Below, piece by piece: positions 1 through 13,100 of a stretch of DNA of 64,000 nucleotides. A program made the position numbers and the translations under genes. The DNA comes from Laetmonice hystrix (taxonomy: Eukaryota). Numbering within the stretch: the stretch's first letter is position 1; each line of letters opens with the position of its first letter. The stretch is from positions 45,820,001 to 45,884,000 of the forward strand of contig OZ249436.1 of NCBI GenBank assembly GCA_965235115.1, in the 5' to 3' direction. The notes under the pieces are model-generated. The model saw nothing but the letters and a program-made list of their open reading frames with translations, ran no database searches and was not told the DNA's origin.

Positions 1-118
1 AAGCCTCTGCTAACCCTGATTCTCTAACTGTACACGATACATTTTAACTCATTCTAAAACGGAATTTCGCTCTGTTTTCTTCTCACCTGAGTAGTTTGAT
101 AATTAAGTAGAACGCTCA

Positions 119-1158
119 TTATGCCTTTGATGATTTGTTATCAGAACCATACATTGGGTTGATATTGTCCAAGAGATCATTTTCGTCGTCGAGGTAATCG
201 TTAACAACCAGTCCAGCCGAATCGCTGTGCTTTTTCTCATTGGTCAAACCTCCGTTTTGCTGCGGCATTGCCAGGTCTAAATCCACGTCTGACAAGTCGT
301 AGAGTTTATTGGCAAACTGATGGCTGTTAGACTTTGCGGCGTCGAGAGCATGAGGCATGTTGTCCATCTCTGCCCCGGATTCCTGCAGACGCTGTCTTCT
401 GAAGGCACTATGCGGCCCTTGGCGTCGATAGAGGATGATACCGACAATGACAGCGACCGCCACGAGCAGGATGACGAGTAGCGGGACGATGACAGCCACG
501 ATTGGTGGCCCTGATGACTTCCTCTCCTGGGGAAGTACCTCTGGGTTGGTGCTTGTTGTTTGTGACTTGGCTGTTGTTGTTGCTGTGGTTGACGTCGAAG
601 GTGTAGGTGTTGGAGTTGTTGTTGATGTTGTTGTTGATGTAGTTGTTGATGGTGTTGTTGGTTTTGTTGTTGGTTTGGTTGTAGATGGCGTGGGGGTCGT
701 TGTGGTTGTTGTTGGTCTTGGAGTCTTGGTCCTGGGCCTCTTTCTGGTTGTTGTTGTCGATGGCGTGGTTGAAACTGTCGTGGAGGTCGACGGACGAGTC
801 GTTGGTTTCGTTGTTGTAGTCGATGGCGTCGGTTTAGTTGTGGTTGTAGACGCCGTCGTCGGTTTAGTGGTGACCGTAGACGCCGTCGTCGGTTTAGTGG
901 TGACCGTAGACGCCGTCGTCGGTTTAGTGGTGACCGTAGACGCCGTCGTCGGTTTAGTGGTGACCGTAGACGCCGTCGTCGGTTTAGTGGTGACCGTAGA
1001 CGCCGTCGTCGGTTTAGTGGTGACCGTAGACGCCGTCGTCGGTTTGGTGGTAGTCGACAACGTCGTCGTGGGACGCCGTGACGTCGTGGATCCACCACCA
1101 GATGGCAGCACTGTGACGACACTGCCACCTGCCGCCGCTGTCGATGTCGTTAGCGGAT
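119..1158 (-). CDS. Exon 47 (terminal): Thr/Pro mucin stalk, TM helix, cytoplasmic tail
   Basis: Acceptor CTCCAG|AT (phase 1); about 7 copies of [37 protein letters not shown] followed by RR; tail motifs FANKLY and NPMY; TAA at 119-121. Confidence 0.9.
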
Positions 1159-4100
1159 CTGGAGCAGAGCAAACGGTACTTTCATCGTAACGACAACAAT
1201 CGAATAGTAGTCGAGAGCAGATAGGATTTCCCCTCTGTGGACTAGCAATAATCCACTCTCTTTCCCCCAATAGCTCGATCGCAAAAGCCTAACCATGCCC
1301 AGGTTGGATTCGGTGAATGTGTTACAAGGAAAGGTGAGCAGAAATCGGTGTTTGAATGAAGGAATCGTCTCACCAGTACAGATAACTCCAGCGTCCTCGT
1401 AGTGGGAACAGTCATGGAGACCCAGGCCAGGATGAGAACAGTTCTGTATGTCAGACTCATTACCCGTGCAGTTCAGCTCATCTATCCAAATATTCCCACG
1501 TCCGGCGCCAAAGTGCGCGTGACCGACGGCTTCTCCGGCCATGTAACCGTGCATTCTGTGGGAGAAGAAGGAATTCATTTAATACATAATGAATTTAGTC
1601 AAAAATTAAAGAATTCAAACAAGATTTCAAACAAGATTTCAAGAATTCAAGAAAGAAGGAAAGATCTTGTTTTTTCAGAAACAAGATATGGAGATGTATT
1701 ATCTTGATTGCGGGGAGTGCCTAGTCTGTATCTGACACATACCTACCGCGGGACATAAATATAGAGACTTCTTGCGGTGTTAGGACCACCAATCCACACA
1801 ATGTAGCATGACACATACCTACCGCGGGACATAAATATAGAGACTTCTTGCGGTGTTAGGACCACCAATTCACACAATGTAGCATGACACATACCTACCG
1901 CGGGACATTAATATAGAGACTTCTTGCGGTGTTAGGACCACCAATTCACACAATGTAGCATGACACATACCTACCGCGGGACATTAATATAGAGACTTCT
2001 TGCGGTGTTAGGACCACCAATTCACACAATGTAGCATGACACATACCTACCGCGGGACATTAATATAGAGACTTCTTGCGGTGTTAGGACCACCAATTCA
2101 CACAATGTAGCATGACACATACCTACCGCGGGACATTAATATAGAGACTTCTTGCGGTGTTAGGACCACCAATTCACACAATGTAGCATGACACATACCT
2201 ACCGCGGGACATTAATATAGAGACTTCTTGCGGTGTTAGGACCACCAATTCACACAATGTAGCATGACACCTACCGCGGGACATTAATATAGAGACTTCT
2301 TGCGGTGTTAGGACCACCAATTCACACAATGTAGCATGACTTCCACAGTATTAATCCGTCTACAGAGGGGGTGTCTGTTGCGGGTGTGGGTTTGTGGGTG
2401 TCTGTTTGTGGGGGGGGGGGGGGGATTGGGTGTTTGTTTGTGGGTGTGGATTTGTGCATGGGTATTTGTGGGTGTGGGTCTGTGGGACGGGTACATACCT
2501 GCAGATGACGAGGGCATCGTCGTCGCCGAAAGAGTCGTCACAGACGGTACCCCACTCATTGGTCTCCGAGATGAGCACCTCAACCCGACCTCGACCTGCG
2601 ATCTCACTGCCCACCAATCGCACCTTCTCAATCACTGCAAGTCACATCATACATGTACTGGTTACTTAGTGTACCTCACATCGGTTAGTGTACCACTATC
2701 TCACATCGGTTAGTGTACCACTATCTCACATCATAGTGTACCACTATATCTCACATCGTACTGGTTAGTGTACCACTATATCACATCATACTGGTTAGTG
2801 TACAACTATCTCACATCATACTGGTTAGTGTACCACTATCTCACATCATACTGGTTAGTGTACCACTATCTCACATCATACTGGTTAGTGTACCACTATC
2901 TCATATCGTACTGGTTAGTGTACCACTATCTTACATCATACTGGTTAGTGTACCACTATCTCACATCGTACTGGTTAGTGTACCACTATCTCACATCGTA
3001 CTGGTTAGTGTACCACTATCTCACATCGTACTGGTTAGTGTACCACTATCTCAAATCATACTGGTTAGTGTACCACTATCTCTCATCGTATTGGTTAGTG
3101 TACCACTATCTCACATCATACTGGCTAGTGTACCACTATCTCACATCGTAATGGTTAGTGTACCACTATCTCACATCGTACTGGTTAGTGTACCACTATC
3201 TCACATCGTACTGGTTAGTGTACCACTATCTCACATCGTACTGGTTAGTGAACCACTATCTCACATCATACTGGTTAGTGTACCACTATCTCACATCGTA
3301 CTGGTTAGTGTACCACTATCTCACATCATACTGGTTAGTGTACCACTATCTCACATCATACTGGTTAGTGTACCACTATCTCACATCGTATTGGTTAGTG
3401 TACCACTATCTCACATCATACTGGCTAGTGTACCACTATCTCACATCGTAATGGTTAGTGTACCACTATCTCACATCGTACTGGTACTGGTTAGTGTACC
3501 ACTATCTCACATCATACTGGTTAGTGTACCACTATCTCACATCATCCTGGTTAGTGTACCACTATCTCACATCATCCTGGTTTGTGTACCACCATCTCAC
3601 ATCGTACTGGTTAGTGTACCACTATCTCACATCACACTGGTTAGTGTACCACTATCTCACATCATACTGGTTAGTGTACCACTATCTCACATCATAGTCG
3701 TTTGTGTACCACTATCTCACATCATACTGGTTTGTGTACCACTATCTCACATCATACTGGTTAGTGTACCACTATTTCACATCGTACTGGTTAGTGTACC
3801 ACTATCTCACATCATGCTGGTTACTTAGTGTACCACTATCTGACATCGGTTAGTGTACCACTATCTCACATCGTACTGGTTAGTGTACCACTATCTCACA
3901 TCGTACTGGTTAGTGTACCACTATCTCACATTGTACTGGTTAGTGTACCACTATCTCACATCATAGTCGTTAGTGTACCACTATCTCACATCATACTGGT
4001 TAGTGTACCACTATCTCACATCATACTGGTTAGTGTACCACTATTTCACATCATACTGGTTAGTGTACCACTATCTCCCATCGTAATGGTTAGTGTACCA

Positions 4101-7100
4101 CTATCTCACATCATAGTCGTTAGTGTACCACTATCTCACATCGTACTGGTTAGTGTACCACTATCTCACATCGTACTGGTTAGTGTACCACTACCTCACA
4201 TCATCCTGGTTAGTGTACCACTATGTCATATCTACTGGTTAGTGTACCACTATCTCACATCGTACTGGTTAGTGTACCACTATCTCACATCATACTGGTT
4301 AGTGTACCATTATCTCACATCGGTTAGTGTACCACTATCCCACATCGTACTGGTTAGTGTACCACTATCTCACATCGTACTGGTTAGTGTACCACTATCT
4401 CACATCGTACTGGTTAGTGTACCACTATATGACAGCACTCTGGTTAGTGTACCACTATCTCACATCGTACTGGTTAGTGTACCACTATCTCACATCGTAC
4501 TGGTTAGTGTACCACTATCTCACACCACAATGGTTAGTGTACCACTATATGACAGCACTGTGGTCCCTACTTACTCATCTCTCCGTAGTAACACTTGACT
4601 GACGCGTCGTGTTTGTGGTTTTTACAGTGGTAGTGCATCTGACTGCTGTAGGTACGGTTCCAGCCAGTCCCGTGACATGCCAGCAAGTAGTCCTCGGTCC
4701 CAGAACAAATAGCCATCTGGATCCAGATCGGACCCTTTCCGGCTCCGTAGTACGAGTTGGTCAGAGCCAGTCCGTCCTTGAAACCTGCAATCGGTACAGC
4801 CATGTACGCATGGATCCAAATCGTTAGATAGTATTTTATTATACTAAACAACCGCAGAGTAAAACTTTCAATAGGGGTTTATATTTTTGAATTCTATGTC
4901 ACCGTGTGACTTATAACATAAAGAGGATACTTGTAATTGTAAACTGAGACTACAGTTAGAGAAGTGGATGTGGTACTGACCAAGTTGTTTACAGGCGACC
5001 TTAGCGTCTGGTATCCCCCAGCCGTAGTCACATACAGTACCCCAGGTACCGTTGTAACGGAATTCAACACGACCGGTTGAGTTACCATTTCCATCGACCA
5101 GACGCATGTAGTATTCTGTACGTAACATCGCATAAACAGCATGGTTAAAACGGAATTACAGATTTAGGTAACACCGCATAAACAGGACGGTTAAAACGGA
5201 ATTACAGATTACGTAACACCGCATCAACAGGACGGTTAAAACGGAATTACAGATTAGGTAACACCACCTAAACAGGACGGTTAAAACTGAATTAAAGATT
5301 TGGTAACACCACCTAAACAGGACTGTTAAAATTTCAGGGACTTGACACGGAGATTAAAACTGAACAAGAGAATACGTTTTTATTGAGTGCATTCTAAACG
5401 TTAATTAGGAGAACACATTAAACACAGCCTGGCCAGCTAACAACATGTGTATCACAACGCTTTCCTTATTACGGGAATGAATCTAGAAATTCTGCATTTT
5501 TAAAATTTGGATTTAAAATGACCAGTGATATCTTACCGTCAATGGTGTCGTTTTCGCAGATGACACCGGCCTCCAAACCAATGTTAACACACGCATACTC
5601 ATCGCCCCAGCGTGTATAATTACACTTCTCAATCGAGTCTTCATCCCCCTTACAGGTGACGTTTGACATGAGTATGGGGCTGAGATTAGGGATGAGATGT
5701 TGGTAGGGGAAACCTTTATTGTATCCTAACATCCGACATACGACCGTAGCCTCGACGTCCGTCCATTTGTTACGACAGATGCGCCCCCACACGCCATCCA
5801 TGCGAACTTCCACCAAGCCATGATAGTCGGAGGCATACTTGTCCTTGTACAGTCGTAGAGCAAAACCTGGCCAAAACCAAATGGGCAACTTTATACACAT
5901 AGTCAATGTTACAGCGTAATCGGTTTGATTTTTACCTTTCGCGAATTAGGGTATACTGAATTTTTGTGGAGGTGAAGAAATGGGAGGCCCCACCCCCGTT
6001 TGAGAATATGATGACCAATTCCTGGCGGTGCCCAGCATCAAGGTTGGTGCTAATCGAGGCCCTGTAAACATTCTATTGGATGCTGACGGCGCGAAAGGTT
6101 AAAGTCTGCCAGGACTAATGGTCGGCTATGCCTTACTCAGTGTGAACCCACCCTAAGGCACGGCTGCCCAGCCTCCACAACGCATGTTTGAGTATAAAAA
6201 AAACGGAGTATAAAAAACTTACCTTTATCCACAATGGTCTCGTTAGAACAGATGACTGAGGCGTAATGTCCGCTGTCACACGTGGTATTTTTATCCCAAT
6301 CATCATGTTTACAGTTGACGAGTGAAGCCTCCGTGCCGGTACAGCTCACACCAGTCAGGCTGATGTTGTAAGTAGGTCTGTTAAACGCTGATTTGGGGAT
6401 AGCTCGGCCGTCAGCGTAACCCTGTTCCCGACATACGACCTGCGCCTCGGCCGTCGACCAACCGTCGTCACACACATGATGCCACGTGTCGTTATGAAAC
6501 ACCCGCACAGCTCCGTATGTGTCGTTTGGTGTTTTACCGAATGTCACTGGAAATGATAAAATAATGTCACAGGAGGGTCAGGACTGAAAGTGTGGACAGT
6601 ATTGTCCTAAAAATACAAAGTAGGCTATGCTAGACCTTAATAGGACGAATAATTAACTCAAAGAATACTCGAGGAAAGGGCTAATACGGGGTGTTCCAAA
6701 AACTTCTTCTCAACACTTTTAAATTATTTTCCCTTAGAAACGGAACTAGGAACGCTAATTCTAAAGAGTTGTCCGGACGATTTCCACAAGTTCGTCTTTT
6801 AAGGTAGGATTGAAGGGTGAAAACTAGAATTGGGAAGTCAAGGATGAGGGCCGACGAGCTGCACCAAGAAGGGATCTGACAAAGATGAGGGCCGACGAGC
6901 TGCACCAAGAAGGGATCAGACAGAGATGAGGGCCGACGAGCTGCACCAAGAAGGGATCAGACAAAGATGAGGGCCGACGAGCTGCACCAAGAAGGGATCA
7001 GACAAAGATGAGGGCTGACGAGCTGCACCAAGAAGGGATCAGACATAGATGAGGGCCGACGAGCTGCACCAAGAAAGGATCAGACAAAGATAAGAGCCGG

Positions 7101-10100
7101 CGAGCTGCACCAAGAAAGGATCAGACAAAGATGAGGGCTGACGAGCTGCACCAAGAAAGGATCAGACAAAGATGAGGGCCGACGAGCTGCACCAAGAAGG
7201 GATCAGACAAAGATGAGGGCCGATGAGCTGCACCAAGAAGGGATCAGACAAAGATGAGGGCCGACGAGCTGCACCAAGAAGGGATCAGACAAAGATGAGG
7301 GCCGACGAGCTGCACCAAGAAGGGATCAGATAAAGATGAGGGCCGACGAGCTGCACCAAGAAGGGATCAGACAAAGATGAGGGCCGACGAGCTGCACCAA
7401 GAAGGGATCAGATAAAGATGAGGGCCGACGAGCTGCACCAAGAAGAGATCAGACAAATACACCAATAGCAGTGAATACTTACCCTGACCGAAGCAGTAGA
7501 CTGAGGCGTCTTCAGAATGACTGCGGCAGTAACCGTACTGTGACGGTCGTACACCCTTTCTCCACCAGTTAGAGTTCTGACTGAAGCTTGTGTTCCAACC
7601 TTTGTGAGGACACTCCAGCAGAGATTTCTCATCACCCGTACAGTGCACGTGAGACAGCCAGATGGTACCGTTCCCTTTACCATAGCGGGCGCTATCGAGG
7701 GAAACGCCATCCGTCCAGTTCAAGCTTCGGCATAACACCTGGATATATGAGTATGAGACATTTAGTCTTTATCATAACACTTGGATATATGAGTATGAGA
7801 CATTTAGTCTTTATCACAACACTTGGATATATGAGTATGAGACATTTAGTCTTTCTCACAACACCTAGATATATGAGTATGAGACATTTAGTCTTTATCA
7901 TAAGACCTGGATATGAGACATTTAGTCTTTATCATAACACTTGGGTATATGAGTATGAGACATTTAGACTTTATCATAACACTTGGATATATGAGTATGA
8001 GACATTTAGTCTTTATCACAACACCTTGATATATGAGTATGAGACATTTTGTCTTTATCATAAGACCTGGATATGAGACATTTAGTCTTTATCATAACAC
8101 TTGGGTATATGAGTATGAGACATTTAGTCTTTATCATAACACTTGGATATATGAGTATGAGACATTTAGTCTTTATCACAACACCTGGATATATGAGTAT
8201 GAGACATTTAGTCTTTATCACAACATCTGGATATATGAGTATGAGACATTTAGTCTTTATCATAACACCTGGACATATGAGTATGAAACATTTAGTCTTT
8301 ATCACAACATCTGGATATATGAGTATGAGACATTTAGTCTTTATCATAACACCTGGACATATGAGTATGAGACATTTAGTCTATATCACAACACCTTGAT
8401 ATATGAGTATGAGACATTTAGTCTATATCACAACACCTTGATATATGAGTATGAGACATTTAGTCTTTATCCTAACACCTGGATATATGAGTATGAGACA
8501 TTTAGTCTATATCACAACACCTTGATATATGAGTATGAGACATTTAGTCTTTATCACAACACCTGGATATATGAGTATGAGACATTTAGTCTATATCACA
8601 ACACCTTGATATATGAGTATGAAACATTTAGTCTATATCACAACACCTTGATATATGAGTATGAGACATTTAGTCTTTATCCTAACACCTGGATATATGA
8701 GTATGAGACATTTAGTCTATATCACAACACCTGGATATATGAGTATGAGACATTTAGTCTTTATCATAACACTTGGATATATGAGTATGAGACATTTAGT
8801 CTTTATCATAACACTTGGATATATGAGTATGAGACATTTAGTCTTTATCCTAACACCTGGATATATGAGTATGAGACATTTAGTCTTTATCCTAACACCT
8901 GGATATATGAGTATGAGACATTTAGTCTTTATCACAACACCTGGATATAAATATGGGATAGTCTTTATCCTAACACCTGGATATATGAGTATGAGACATT
9001 TAGTCTTTATCACAACACCTGGATATAAATATGGGATAGTCTTTATCCTAACACCTGGATATATGAGTATGAGACATTTAGTCTTTATCACAACACCTGG
9101 CTATGAGTATTAGGCATGGATCTTGCAAATCCACAAGGTTTTTTAGGCCTTCCAGAGCTTCCATAAAACTTTTGTAGTTAGCCCCCACAAATAGAGCCCT
9201 GCTTTATGTTGTCCACCTACCTTGGCATCCTTGTCGTCCCAGGCAGCATCACAGACCGTTCCCCATGTACCCTCCAAGGCCATCTCCACCCGGCCCTGGT
9301 TAGGGGTGTCCCCGTCAGCCAGTCTGTACTCCACCCCTGAAAATGATCCAAAAAAAACCTGCTGTAAACACCCCGCCGTGAAATACTGTAAGCCAATTGG
9401 TGAGAGAATACGTATGGAAACTGCTTGTGGTCTGTTCCATGGAATTATGCCCTATATTATCACAGCATAATGTTCACCATGACGACCTCAAGCAATAGCC
9501 AGTATTTCACATACGTCGTAGTTAATAGGTCTATATCCTACAGATGTTGAATGGGCATGAGGGCAATGGCATAGGCCTACGTCTGTTGCTCAAGAGGGCA
9601 CGTTGATCACCCCGAAATCGATTTATTTCCCGAGGGAAATATAGTATTCACTGTTATGTTGCTGTACTCACCACCAAGCGTGGCATTCACTATTATGTTG
9701 CTGTACTCACCACCAAACGTGGCATTCACTGTTATGTTGCTGTACTCACCACCAAGCGTGGCATTCACTGTTATGTTGCTGTACTCACCACCAAACGTGG
9801 CATTCACTGTTATGTTGCTGTACTCACCACCAAGCGTGGCATTCACTGTTATGTTGCTGTACTCAACCACCAAGCGTGGCATTCACTGTTATGTTGCTGT
9901 ACTCACCAACAAGCGTGGCATTTACTGTTATGTTGCTGTACTCACCACCAAGCGTGGCATTTACTGTTATGTTACTGTACTTACCACCAAGCGTGGCGTT
10001 GTAGCAGAGCACACCCACATCGTGCAGGAATGAACAGTTGCCAAGGTTCGTGTTGTTGGTGTGCGGGCAGTCCAGTAAGGAAGCTTCATTCCCGGTACAG

Positions 10101-13100
10101 TTAAAGTCTCCCAACACTAGTGCTCGACTATACCTAGAAATCAAGGAATTGTTTGTTTCTTTCAAACACTTGAACACACAGAAAGCCTATTTATTATGGC
10201 TAAGATCAGGAAAGGTCCTGAGATCAGATCTGTGTAGTGTGTACACTAGCCACCAGGTCGTTGGGACTATTGACCAGTCGCCGACTGGAATTCCGCGAAC
10301 ATTGGCCTAATCAGCCGTATGAATATAAAATTGGCTCGTGATACCTGATCATTCTGTCTGTTAATATATACTACTAACAGAGACAGCGCCACTGTTCATA
10401 CTGAACCTAATGGGAGCAATAGTATATGAAAAGACAACACAGAGCATAGGCATTCATAATACAGGGGCGTAGGAAGGCCATGAAAGAGGGGGGGGGGGGC
10501 AAAATGGTTCCATTACGAGCGCTGAAGGTGCGAAGCATAGGGGGGTCCAGGGGCATGCTCCCCCGGGAATTTTAAATGAAAGTGTCTGTATAGACTAACC
10601 ACTGGTCACGTGCGGCAGTTTCTGCTCCGTAGTGGTAGTAAGCGACTCCGTCACTGAACCCTTTCATACGACATACTACCCGAGCCTCGCTATCGCCCCA
10701 GTTGTTGCCACAGATTCTGACGTCACGACCCCAGCGTTTCACCGCCACACGGCCGTTGTCATGGTGAGGGCCGTCCAGACTGAATGAGTACGCTGGAGCA
10801 AGACAATCCATCAGATGTAAAATATGTACAGGCTAAAAACGTCTGTTAAATGGCCGGTCTTATAGATATTATAATAGATGATACAGGGGAGGGTCAAGGA
10901 TGACGCCAAGGGGTGGGGATTGTGTTGTGGGTGCAGAAACAGGGGGAAAAGAGAGAGATTACTTCGTAAGAAAGGGTTTCAAACCCTGTAACCCCCGCCC
11001 CCCGATCCGCCACTGCGATATAAGATTCATTACGAAACGCCTTAAATATACCGATTGATCCTAATAACTTAAAGGGGTCGGGGCCCATACATTTTTGCCT
11101 AAAAATTGACGTAGCGTTGACGTAAGAAGTAGAATGCTACTTCTTATACCGATTTGACGTAGGCCCGCCTCCGTCCAAGTGGAGAGCCTCGGTAGGGACT
11201 TTTCTTTGGCGTGATGTGGGCCTTTATTTCAACGCTACATCAATTTTTATTAAAACTTTAATGGCACCACAAGAGTATGTTCCTCGTGCCACCATGAAAC
11301 TTCATATATGTTGATGTAACATTATAAACTACATTAATTCAAAGTTTCGTATATTAATTCTTATTTTAGGAAGTTACGCAGGCAGGCTCCACCTGCGTAG
11401 AAATAAGACCCTTACGTCAGTTACGTCGGTTACTTCTATTTGACATAAGTGATTATGGGCTATCTAAATTCTGACGTAACATTTATGGGACCCGACCCAG
11501 ATCTTATCCTTATCCTTATCCTGATAACTTAATTACATTATCAGCTGAAGAGCCACATTTAAAACAATCAAAAAGGCCCAAATAAATCTATTTAAAACAT
11601 ACCCGTATCATTGATTGTTTCCTTCAAGCCGAAACAAGCCACCGATGCGTACATCCCACTCTCACATTCCTCTTCTTTCTTACACTTGCTGATATCTGTT
11701 TCATCTCCCGTGCACGTCAGAGTGACATTAGCCAGTTTGTACTTGAGTTTACGGTACGCTGAACAACAGAGGGCGCGCCCGTCGCCGTATCCAAGCACCC
11801 GGCAGACGGCGCGCGCAGTGACGTCTGTGAAACCGTCCGAGCAGACGGCCACCAAACCCGCTTTGCTGTCCAGATAGTACAACACGGGGCCCATCTTTGG
11901 ATTAAAACTCTTGTCCTGGGCGATACGGACTAAACGTCGAAACAAAACGCCAGGTATATAATCAACTTCCAGGACGACAAAACGCTTAATACATTGTATC
12001 TTAATATTTGGAATAGGCCTATAAACAAAACATAGAACAATAGGAGCTTGCAGACGTGAATGTGTAACGATTTGCTGTAACATTGGGATAACATTCCAGC
12101 TTGAGCCTCCATTTAAACAAAATAACATGAATATTAATTTTCAGTCTACTATATTAAATTTTTGTTTACTACTAATCAATCGGATTATCAACCGCCTTCT
12201 CATTAAACCTCCCCCCGACTTAAAAAGTACGGTCGGATGAGGATAGATGGCGCCACTCACCGGCCTTGTAACACTGCACTCCAGCGTCGTTGTTATGGCT
12301 ACGACAGAAACTGTAGGTGATGGGCCGCCACCCTTGATGTGGACACTCATACAGGGAATTTTCTGTACCGTTACACATATAACGTGGCATCCACGCCTGG
12401 CCTGTGCCTTTACCAAAGGCTGAGTCAGGTCGCGAGTCACCGTCCATAAACCCTGTAACCATAGTAACCACGTGTATTGGAACGTCGTCAGGAACACGTC
12501 ATGTTGTTTACGTCACCAGGACAGCTTAGCTATTAATTGGATAATAGAGCTCGTTTTGTCTTCCAAATTAGATGCCTCTTTCCTTTAATGATTTTCTGAA
12601 TAGCTATGCGGCAAACGTCATCTGAAGAAAGACTGAAGTCCCGCCCATGTCCCAGGGGTAACTTACCGAACTGCCGGCAGGCGGCCTTAGCGTCATTATT
12701 GTCCCAGTAACTGTCGCAGATTGTGCCCCACTTGCCCTCAAACGATACCTCAATACGGCCACTAGTTTCTGAACCGTCCGCCAGGCGGAAGTACGTCCCT
12801 GAAACAGTGAAATCCCGTCAGATCGTGACATTATTAGGCCTACATGTGTATTACAGGCCGGCTATAAGGAATACTTAAAGTCCAACAGACATCAAAATTT
12901 ACATGAAATTTAGTGCCAGATCCTGATGATACATGTAATTTGTTGTTGTTTAACTTAAAGGAGCGGTTATTGTACAAGAATATGAACTGTGTGTAAGCCG
13001 TTTTAAAGACCAATTCCCCTAGTGACGTCATCAGGGGCAATGGTAAAGCATAGGCAGGAGTGAGACTGTGATGAGGCGCGAGATTTGAATTTTCAATATT

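Noticed and set aside
277..1190. Arg-rich alternative-frame ORF and Val-rich antisense ORF
   Set aside because: Shadows of the Thr-rich mucin exon
1159..1270. Cys-containing N-terminal extension of the 383-aa ORF
   Set aside because: Lies upstream of the phase-matched acceptor at 1158; most likely intron read-through
2768..4602. Long repetitive ORFs ([10 protein letters not shown] / VSVPLSHI)
   Set aside because: Translations of a 30-bp intronic minisatellite on the antisense strand
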